A DNA stretch of 52,849 bases from a virus (taxonomy: Duplodnaviria; Caudoviricetes), in IMG/VR virus record IMGVR_UViG_3300025459_000009, positions 1 through 52,849 of that record; one strand, given 5' to 3'. The translations under genes were made by a program, and so were the position numbers. Below are positions 46,010 through 52,849 of this stretch, piece by piece. The notes beneath the pieces are model-generated. The model made no database searches, was not told the DNA's origin, and worked only from the letters and a program-made list of their open reading frames with translations. How positions within the stretch are numbered: position 1 is the first letter of the stretch; each line of letters opens with the position of its first letter.

Positions 46010-47083
46010 CTAGTAAGACCAAGGGCCATACGGAGAAGCGGGCGAGATAGGATTGTATGAATATCCAGAATCAAGGACGTTGCTCTGGGGCACGAAACCC
46101 CAATCATCTTCTTGGTTCGAACCAAACATCCTTGCGTTAGTCAATGCCCTCTGCCAGAGATTGTATTCCATCTCGAACTTGGCCCGCACTTCTCTGATCG
46201 GTGAGCGGCGATAGCATTGCGCGAAAAATCCTTGCTTGAAGAATACATAGAAGTCATCGGGAATCGGGTCGAGCGTAGTGCTCAGTGATTTCAGAAACGG
46301 AACTTTCATCTGGCCGACGGGCTGAATGAGCCACACAGGGCCAGTCTGACAAGGCAGAGGGTTGATTCGATATCCTTGTCCCTTTGGGTTGACTGCCGTC
46401 CATTGGACCGTGCCATCTGTCACGACAGTAGATACGATAGTCTGGTCTTGCACGGTCGGATAAGTCGGGTTTAGATTCGTGAGAAATGGATTGGTAGGCC
46501 CGCATGTTCCGTATTGCGTCAACACCCAGAGATTCCCGAAAGAATCCTTGATGCACGTAGTCGGATTGATGGGTTGCGCGGTTGCGGTGCTGGGATCGGT
46601 ATATACGACGCCGGGGCCGGGTTGTGATTGTCCTGTCGGGGTTTTCTGCGTCGTCGCGCCCCAAGTGCCTGCTTGCATCGTGTCGTTCTGCATCCAGCAA
46701 ATGCGTGCATCATTGTTGGTACTGAGATTGAACGTAATCAGAAGGTCACGCTTGACAATGACAGGATAAACGGGCTTTGGGAATTGTGTACAGCTATAGT
46801 TTACAGCCGTGCAACTTTCCAGCCATCCCACAGCCACTTGATTCGGGATGAAATAATCTTGTTGCCAACTGTTGATATAGAACGGCGTTTCAACCGCTCG
46901 ATTCCATTTCCAGTTGAAGGGCTGGCCTTGTGGCCCGCCGCAGAGCAGTGCTTGCATGACATCGTTTGCGATGGATAATGCGGGAGCGTCGGAGAATCCG
47001 CCAGTGGCGAGGGCAGGTGCGAGTTCACCATTGCTGCGTGCATCATCAACGACATCTTGAACGGTCACACTAGAATTTCCCAT
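46010..47083 (-). CDS. head-tail adaptor-like protein, paralog 1
   Basis: SSVTV..AN.VM..PFNWKWN..QQDY..INPLP..LDPIPD. Confidence 0.6.
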   Translation of the reverse strand: MGNSSVTVQDVVDDARSNGELAPALATGGFSDAPALSIANDVMQALLCGGPQGQPFNWKWNRAVETPFYINSWQQDYFIPNQVAVGWLESCTAVNYSCTQFPKPVYPVIVKRDLLITFNLSTNNDARICWMQNDTMQAGTWGATTQKTPTGQSQPGPGVVYTDPSTATAQPINPTTCIKDSFGNLWVLTQYGTCGPTNPFLTNLNPTYPTVQDQTIVSTVVTDGTVQWTAVNPKGQGYRINPLPCQTGPVWLIQPVGQMKVPFLKSLSTTLDPIPDDFYVFFKQGFFAQCYRRSPIREVRAKFEMEYNLWQRALTNARMFGSNQEDDWGFVPQSNVLDSGYSYNPISPASPYGPWSY

Positions 47084-47489
47084 GACGAACCTTCCTTGTA
47101 ATCCTACATGATTCTTTGGCGTTTATCAGGTTAAACTCTGGCGGGGCTGAGTTACTGATAATATACTCAACCGCTTTTTCCATGCGTTCAATATCTTCGC
47201 CTAATAGACCAATCGCATGATTACAGTTACTACATAATATGCCCCGAATCCATCCCGAGGAATGCTCGTGGTCAAGATGAGGATATCGAGCGTTATTACG
47301 AGGCTCCATCACAAACTCGATATTGCAAATAACACATTTATAGTTCTGCTGTTTTAGGAGGTTTTGATACTCTTCTGGCGTTGTTCCGTACACCGCCCGT
47401 AGTTTCCAGTTTTTATTCGTTTCAGTACGAGCGTGCTTGTTAGCTCTTAACCAACGTTGCTTGGCTTCCGCAGAAGGCTGATGTCCCAT
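47070..47489 (-). CDS. Endonuclease VII-like homing endonuclease
   Basis: YGTTPEEY..QNYKCVIC..HLDHEH..IRGILCSNCNHAIG. Confidence 0.85.
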   Translation of the reverse strand: MGHQPSAEAKQRWLRANKHARTETNKNWKLRAVYGTTPEEYQNLLKQQNYKCVICNIEFVMEPRNNARYPHLDHEHSSGWIRGILCSNCNHAIGLLGEDIERMEKAVEYIISNSAPPEFNLINAKESCRITRKVRHGKF

Positions 47490-47504
47490 AAGGCTCCTTA
47501 AACA

Positions 47505-47612
47505 CAAAAAGACGAGCATTGCCCGACCCCAACGCGATGGGATCGGGCCACAAACCGTGCTCTGCGGTGATGAGTGTTCCTTTCGGCATGGGCCGCACTC
47601 AGCGGCAATTCG
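47505..47612 (-). ncRNA. candidate structured RNA (unassigned)
   Basis: ATTGC/GCAAT, TGAGTG/CACTCA, CGGC/GCCG, ACCG/CGGT, CCGATCCCA/TGGGGTCGG; GAGC:GCTC pseudoknot; ends in a U tract. Confidence 0.5.
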
Positions 47613-47614
47613 AT

Positions 47615-47791
47615 TTACGCCTTCTGCGGGCGTGGATATTTCTGGGCGGCGATGGCCGAAAGTTCATCGACTCTCGCTGCGAATGCAGTCGGATTGGCTC
47701 TCAGGTTTGATAGATACACATCCGAAGACATGCGATCAATCTCTGAGATCGACAACGTGGCGATTTGTTCTGGCGTGAGATTGGGTGTCAT
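47615..47791 (-). CDS. small hypothetical protein (58 aa)
   Basis: Manual translation MTPNLTPEQIATLSISEIDRMSSDVY... Confidence 0.55.
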   Translation of the reverse strand: MTPNLTPEQIATLSISEIDRMSSDVYLSNLRANPTAFAARVDELSAIAAQKYPRPQKA

Positions 47792-47792
47792 A

Positions 47793-48452
47793 TTATCTCA
47801 GGTTCGTCGCCTTAACTAACCGACGATAGTCCTTCGTCGCATCCACCCACGCTTCGGCCTTATCATCCCATTTGCTAAACTTGCAGATGACGGAGCCTGA
47901 CGGGGTATTGTTCGTCTCGAACTGGACTGCTGTGCGATAATCTGCCTCAGCCTTCTCAAACTTCTCTTTCGAGAACACACCATCAACAGGAGCCACTTGC
48001 TTGCCCTTCGCGTTGAAATAGAAGTTCTCTTCAACGGGTGGGAGCCACGTCTTGCCGCAACGGAGACAGCGAACCCAGAAGTCGCCAGTAATCATCTGAT
48101 GCTTGATAACGGCATACTGCGGGCTGTTTCCACCAGTGCTGAGCACTTGCAGATTGCGTTGCGAAACGGTGCCACCCTTCTTGTGGGTGCATGCGTTCTG
48201 CTTCGCATCGTCTTCACGTTTCTGGGCAGCAAACACGCGACCTTGCATCGCCCTATCTTGCTCTTTTTGCTTCTGCTTGTTGAGGCGGTCACCAATCGTG
48301 CCGCGTTTTTCTTGGATGCTCAACTCGCGTTCTTGTTTCTGTAGCTCCAAGTCGGCCAACTGCGCCCGCTTGATGCTCAGTTCGATGGCTGCGATTTCCT
48401 CCGCAGCATTTGAGTAAACCTTTGCTGTTTCTTGCTTTTCCTGCTCACTCAT
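47793..48452 (-). CDS. coiled-coil plus Zn-finger hypothetical protein
   Basis: CTHKKG and RCLRCG; AGGAGG RBS. Confidence 0.65.
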   Translation of the reverse strand: MSEQEKQETAKVYSNAAEEIAAIELSIKRAQLADLELQKQERELSIQEKRGTIGDRLNKQKQKEQDRAMQGRVFAAQKREDDAKQNACTHKKGGTVSQRNLQVLSTGGNSPQYAVIKHQMITGDFWVRCLRCGKTWLPPVEENFYFNAKGKQVAPVDGVFSKEKFEKAEADYRTAVQFETNNTPSGSVICKFSKWDDKAEAWVDATKDYRRLVKATNLR

Positions 48453-48817
48453 ACTAGTCTCCTCCTAAGTATTTCTTTCTTCAAGTTGTGATTTGCACAC
48501 AACGTTTGATACCCCTCGGGAAAATCGTATCTAACGAGGTACTCGTACAACGTACTACCCGGCAAAGTTTTCCGTTGCTCAGACCCGTTATCCTTCACAT
48601 GGTCTAAACATAGGATATCGATATCAACAACGTCACATCCCGGCCAACAGCAATGCAACGTGTGATTCAACCCGTAATGAGAAAGAACCTTGATTTTTAT
48701 TTCTAATCTGCGAATCTTAGAATGGTCTCGGTTCCACTTCCGCATCGTGGGGTCAGTACTTACATGATGGCGTTGTCGGTCGTACTCTTTCTGAAATTCC
48801 TTATCTTTGTAAGGCAT
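48449..48817 (-). CDS. HNH-like homing endonuclease
   Basis: VLSHYG..CCWPGC..LCLDHV..YQTLCANHN. Confidence 0.75.
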   Translation of the reverse strand: MPYKDKEFQKEYDRQRHHVSTDPTMRKWNRDHSKIRRLEIKIKVLSHYGLNHTLHCCWPGCDVVDIDILCLDHVKDNGSEQRKTLPGSTLYEYLVRYDFPEGYQTLCANHNLKKEILRRRLV

Positions 48818-48818
48818 G

Positions 48819-49514
48819 TTACGCCCGATTCCTAAACGAGTGTAGAATGGTATTGTACCGTTCTGCACAGGGTAGGTTAGCCTCGCCGAAAACTTTGTGG
48901 GCTTTTTCAATCGTGATAATCTCTTTGATAATCAACTGTAGAAGTACAGTCCGCCAGCCGCGATATTTCTCCGCGAGCGGTACGCCATGGTCATCAAAAC
49001 CCATAACCGTATATTCAGGCATCCATCCACGCTGCACCCAGCACGCAATTTCGGGCTTCTTATTGCCGTACTCGTCGCTGTAAAGCAGTGTCAACTTGTC
49101 TGCGTGCGGATGCTCACGGTAATAAACTTTCAGCTTGCATTCGTCGCGTAGTTTAGTGATAAGCTGGTCATGGCTCATGATGCGGCCAAAACGTTGCTGG
49201 ATGTCCTTATATTCCTCTTCAGTGCACCACCGATACTCTTTTGCAACTTCCTCGTTGCCCTCTCGCCAGCGGCAGAGTTCTTCTTTCGTCTGATTGCTGC
49301 TGTCATCATGTACGTTTTCAGCGTACGCAGCGACTGCGGCTTCCTGCTCAGGCGTCAACTGCTCCTCCACCATGTAACTCTCCCACGGTGCGACATCGTT
49401 GTTACGGGTGCCCTGAACCTGCTTGATTTGGTCGGGGGTTAACCCGCTATCTACGGCTTTCGGGGCAGCGGCTTCCCATCTTTCGAGATACTCCTCATTA
49501 CTTATGTGCATCAT
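48819..49514 (-). CDS. hypothetical phage protein
   Basis: 231 aa; RGWRTVLL.L motif. Confidence 0.65.
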   Translation of the reverse strand: MMHISNEEYLERWEAAAPKAVDSGLTPDQIKQVQGTRNNDVAPWESYMVEEQLTPEQEAAVAAYAENVHDDSSNQTKEELCRWREGNEEVAKEYRWCTEEEYKDIQQRFGRIMSHDQLITKLRDECKLKVYYREHPHADKLTLLYSDEYGNKKPEIACWVQRGWMPEYTVMGFDDHGVPLAEKYRGWRTVLLQLIIKEIITIEKAHKVFGEANLPCAERYNTILHSFRNRA

Positions 49515-49858
49515 ATCGTTAAACCCCTCCGTTTAACTTCCGCCAACAACGCATCGTTCGAAAAGCTGGATAGAACATACGGTCGTCGATTGTACAACTG
49601 CTCTTTCGCAGTTGCCCATCTGACGTTCCCTACTTCGTAACTCCCGTCGTTGTTGATACGATCCAATGAATGCTTGGGTGTTGGTCGAAACCCTAGTTCT
49701 TTCAGAAAGTCTTCGAAACTTTCAAATTTGAACTGGATTCCTCGGCCACCATACGCGGGGTAGTCCCTGTTTGTCGTGAGAGTACAACGAGTTTTCGCAG
49801 AACAATATGCCTGATATTCGGGCATACTCTGCAACCCATTTCGGTTAGCGTAAGACAT
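49511..49858 (-). CDS. HNH-like homing endonuclease
   Basis: YGGRGI..SLDRINNDGSYEVGNVRWAT; related to 7481-7963. Confidence 0.8.
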   Translation of the reverse strand: MSYANRNGLQSMPEYQAYCSAKTRCTLTTNRDYPAYGGRGIQFKFESFEDFLKELGFRPTPKHSLDRINNDGSYEVGNVRWATAKEQLYNRRPYVLSSFSNDALLAEVKRRGLTI

Positions 49859-49867
49859 ATGCTCCTC

Positions 49868-50035
49868 CACTTTCGATAAGGCTCAGGCGTCCTGCACGAT
49901 CATGGAGGGGCCTACGTTGCGTGGAATCCACGTACACTCTGCGGATCAGGCAGAGCAACCATGAACACTTCGTTTGCCTTCTAGACGACAAACTCCGTTA
50001 GCACTCGAATCGAGCAATAACGCCCTATCGAAATG
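49868..50035 (-). ncRNA. candidate multi-branched structured RNA (~168 nt, unassigned)
   Basis: 12 bp closing stem TTTCGATAGGGC/GCCTTATCGAAA enclosing 5-6 further stems. Confidence 0.6.
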
Positions 50036-50050
50036 CACGTTCACTACAAA

Positions 50051-50239
50051 CTAGATATCTTCACACATCTCTTTGAACGCTTCGTCGTTCTGAATCTGAA
50101 TGTTCTTTAACCGGCGTAGGTCGCTCACTGTTTTTCTGAGCCTCCCAATCAACTTACGCTGTCTCGAATTCTCTTTGCGGAGTAGCTCAATCGAATCACG
50201 CAAAGCGTGCACTATCTCAATCTCATTAGGATTGTTCAT
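50051..50239 (-). CDS. small coiled-coil protein
   Basis: GGAGGAGG RBS. Confidence 0.55.
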   Translation of the reverse strand: MNNPNEIEIVHALRDSIELLRKENSRQRKLIGRLRKTVSDLRRLKNIQIQNDEAFKEMCEDI

Positions 50240-50661
50240 GCTTCCTCCTCCAAGGAATGACGTTCTAGATACTCTGCGGCAAGCCGACAAAGTTTAGGGT
50301 CGTCTAACAAATTTCCGATGCCAAGATTACAACGTCGGTGCAGAAACTCTCGAAGTGCCAGAGTCTCATGGTTGTGGTCTTGGACAGGACTACCTAACTC
50401 AGTATTGTCAAAAGGTTGCCTACAAAGAGCACACAGACCGTTCTGAGATGCTAATCTAGCTGCATACGCTTCCGGAGTACCCCAACGCTTCTTTCGAGCC
50501 GTGCGTAATCTATGTAGCCTATGCTTCTCTGCGTTTTCAGGGCTGGCTGCTATCCATGCCTGTTTACGAGCCGTATCCTTCGCCAAATTTTCAGGTCGTT
50601 TACGATACGCCCGCATATACGCATTATGGGCAAGCCTTCCTACTTCGGTATTTCTGTTCAT
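50236..50661 (-). CDS. Endonuclease VII-like homing endonuclease
   Basis: QNGLCALC..QDHNHET..REFLHRRCNLGIG. Confidence 0.8.
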   Translation of the reverse strand: MNRNTEVGRLAHNAYMRAYRKRPENLAKDTARKQAWIAASPENAEKHRLHRLRTARKKRWGTPEAYAARLASQNGLCALCRQPFDNTELGSPVQDHNHETLALREFLHRRCNLGIGNLLDDPKLCRLAAEYLERHSLEEEA

Positions 50662-50672
50662 AAATCTCCTTG

Positions 50673-50705
50673 AAAGAATTGAGGGGGAATTCAAGGTTCC
50701 CCCTC
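50673..50705 (-). terminator. terminator after the capsid and decoration genes
   Basis: GAGGGGGAA/TTCCCCCTC stem followed by AATTCTTT. Confidence 0.65.
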
Positions 50706-50738
50706 GTCTACCGTTCATGAGGCGATAGAAGTATACAA

Positions 50739-51266
50739 CTAGGGTACGACGGTCACGATAATCTGAGAAAATACATCGTTATCGGGAAGACCGAAGGCGT
50801 TGTTGCCGAGGGTGTTATCCGAAAATGGATAACAAACCTCGATAATCGCCTGACCGACGTTGTGGGCCGTGATGAGACCGCTGCCAGACACCGAGGCAAT
50901 CAGAGCCGAGTAAGGGCTGAGATTGGCGGGGTTGTATCCAGTAAAAGCTGGATAGTTATACGACTTGTAAGTCGCGGAAGCAACTGGCGTGTAGTCATTA
51001 CCCTTCACGTCAACTGCCTGCGGCGTCAGTTGCACAGTGTTATGACACGCCACGGGAGAACCGAGTGAATTCGGCTGTCCTTCAAAAACTGTGACTGTCT
51101 TGCTCGAAAGACTGAGCGTGACTGCGTACTGGTGCCCACCGGGAGTTACCCCGGCAGATTGTGCGACTTGGCTACCCACTTGGGCGACGTTGGTTCCCGA
51201 AACCAGAACTACTGCGAGAACACCGAGGCCGTCCGTTGGGTTGTGCTGTGGATTTGGATTTGCCAA
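50739..51266 (-). CDS. Ig-like (Big_2-type) capsid decoration protein
   Basis: IASVSGSGLITAHNVGQAIIEV; AAGGAG RBS plus TTG; directly after the MCP. Confidence 0.65.
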   Translation of the reverse strand: MANPNPQHNPTDGLGVLAVVLVSGTNVAQVGSQVAQSAGVTPGGHQYAVTLSLSSKTVTVFEGQPNSLGSPVACHNTVQLTPQAVDVKGNDYTPVASATYKSYNYPAFTGYNPANLSPYSALIASVSGSGLITAHNVGQAIIEVCYPFSDNTLGNNAFGLPDNDVFSQIIVTVVP

Positions 51267-51280
51267 AATAATCTCCTTTT

Positions 51281-51370
51281 CGCTAAGACTCAGGTGGGGC
51301 TGTATCTACCTCGTCCAATTATGCATTGTCTGCGTTGTACGAGTACAGCCCCACAAGGAAGTCGATTAGC
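51281..51370 (-). other. long intergenic hairpin (possible RNase III or stability element)
   Basis: GTGGGGCTGTA/TACAGCCCCAC and CTCGT/ACGAG stems. Confidence 0.55.
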
Positions 51371-51522
51371 TGATTGCGCTTGCCGCGTCGATCTGGCGCA
51401 TACGGATGGTCGTATCCGGGCCGAGCGAAGTCGTGAAGTGCACACGATAGCTCGTCCAGCCGGGGATCAATCCTTCCGGGTCGGCAACAGTTGGCTCTGC
51501 GTTCTGCACAATGTTGCATTCG
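51366..51522 (-). CDS. major capsid protein, exon 2
   Basis: Joins exon 1 in frame: WRN-I-ECNIVQ...DPEGLIPGWTSY..AIS*. Confidence 0.85.
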
Positions 51523-52297
51523 CAATTGTTAACCCGTGCAGTGGGTAGCAAGTCATTTCTGCTTGCTTCTTAAAGTTTGATGGACGACTACAGATTCGCA
51601 CGCTTTCAAGAACTCTTCAACCGTTCGAGTCCTCTTCATATCGTTACAAGTTTTACAGCAAGGAGCACAGTTGGTAAGCGTATAGCCTACGTTGTTGTCC
51701 TGCCTATCAACGCCGTTGTACAGGTATACACCGTTACAACTGCTGCCGAAATATTCTTGAACGGGTGCTAAACCACAATAAAAACAATTACCAGAGGTCA
51801 ATTCTCTAAAATCCTGCTTAGACAAATTGAATTCAAGTTTTCGTTTTTCGGCTTGCCATCTGTATGTAGAATACAGAAGGTTGAAAGATGCTTCGCCTTC
51901 GGGCAACGTATTGTTCAGAGAATTGAGTCTTGCTCTCTCTGCTGAAACTTCCCGACGCAAGCAACCACAGCTTCTCTTTTTATCTGAACGAAGAGAAGCA
52001 CCAGTCGCCACACACCTATTTCCGCAATCACATTGGCAAATCCAACGTGAACGATTGTGTTTTGATTCTGTAGAAGCGATTACGACAAGTCTGCCGTATC
52101 GTTCGCCAACATAGTTGGGCTTATCCATATTTTCCTTTAAGGTCGGACTATCGCACCCCCCGATACGATCTGGGGGTCTTCTCATTTAGTCTCTCACGGT
52201 CGCCTAAGCGTTCCGCCTTGTTGGCATTTCAGCTTCCAAGTCAATTAGAGAAGATTTTTTAACCTACAAACCTTTCAGTTAGTAGGACACCGAATTG
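51523..52297 (-). mobile_element. group I intron (775 nt) in the major capsid gene
   Basis: P1 ACAU:GUGU with U.G at the 5' splice site; P10 AUUCG:CGAAU; P3 TCTTCTC/GAGAAGA; P7 GACTA/TAGTC; terminal G. Confidence 0.92.
51553..52128 (-). CDS. intron-encoded homing endonuclease
   Basis: AAAGGA RBS just after P7; GERYGRLVV..CQCDCG..SCGC; NGVDRQDNNVGY..CCKTCN..K. Confidence 0.85.
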   Translation of the reverse strand: MDKPNYVGERYGRLVVIASTESKHNRSRWICQCDCGNRCVATGASLRSDKKRSCGCLRREVSAERARLNSLNNTLPEGEASFNLLYSTYRWQAEKRKLEFNLSKQDFRELTSGNCFYCGLAPVQEYFGSSCNGVYLYNGVDRQDNNVGYTLTNCAPCCKTCNDMKRTRTVEEFLKACESVVVHQTLRSKQK

Positions 52298-52849
52298 ATG
52301 TTACGCCACTCACCGTCACCGAAGCCCGTATCACCCTTCGCTCCGAGGTTGATGGAGAAGATACCATCGCGCCCGAAGATGTAGGTGCGGAGTGCGGTCA
52401 GACCCGTGATGCCGCTGTAGTTCGTGGTCTGGGTGACCAAGTTGGTCTGATAGAAGTCCACGCCCGTGGAAGGCAGCGTGATAACTTCGGTCAGGTCAAC
52501 CGAGACGAGACTGTCCATCTTCATCTGGCCCACCGGAGTGTGCTTCAAGATGTCGATTGGGGAATCGTTGCTGTTGTCAGCAAGGACATCGCCCAAAGCG
52601 AACGGATGGATCACGCCTGCGAAGGACTTGGAGCCTTCATCGAACGGACGCACGCTACGACCCGCCAGCGACTGAACGCTGTTACGGATTTGGCTGAGCG
52701 ACAGAGCGGTGAAACTCGAAGTGTTCGAAGCGGCCAGTTCGGTCAGAACACTGGCGTCGATGCTCGATGCACCGTCGGCAGTTGCACGCACGAGTGCGGA
52801 CAACGATTCGCCAAGACGATACGACATTTCACGAGCAACGTTCTCAACG
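52298..52849 (-). CDS. major capsid protein, exon 1 (5' truncated; N4 gp56/P22-coat-like)
   Basis: Open to the window edge; FAGVIHP..DV, TYIFG; heads the structural operon. Confidence 0.8.

Noticed and set aside
47570-47605. Hammerhead-like CTGA...GGC-CCAT-GCC-GAAA on the - strand
   Set aside because: Core reads CUGAGUG rather than CUGANGA, and no stems I/III with an NUH site are evident
1-52849. CRISPR array or stop-codon reassignment
   Set aside because: No regularly spaced repeats; long genes are intact under code 11 and all three stops end genes

Overview
A ~53 kb slice of a tailed dsDNA phage genome, probably podovirus-like. The host may be Acidobacteria, a weak inference from the Clp-like gene. 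Two convergent arms meet at a terminator near 14.5 kb. The + arm (1-14474) carries replication, recombination and host-takeover genes: PD-(D/E)XK nuclease, RNA ligase, single-AAA ClpA/B-like ATPase, SF2 helicase, MazG, RecA, a minimal protein kinase and a HExxH protein. The - arm (14544-52849) carries virion and lysis genes: major capsid protein, an Ig-like decoration protein, two paralogous adaptors, nozzle, ejection-type proteins, fibres, a Tlde1-type L,D-peptidase, a SleB-like protein, holin-like proteins, a nucleotide-metabolism cassette and tRNA-Pro. About 16 homing-endonuclease-like genes are scattered through the window. Main observations: (1) a compact group I intron with definable splice sites interrupts the capsid gene; (2) an HNH element appears to have replaced the catalytic 3' end of the Tlde1 gene, leaving the old end intact downstream, with a similar scar at 24.6 kb; (3) several highly structured intergenic RNAs that I cannot assign to a family; (4) a Pol-beta nucleotidyltransferase motif inside a putative ejected virion protein. 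All assignments come from manual motif reading; no searches or folding programs were run.
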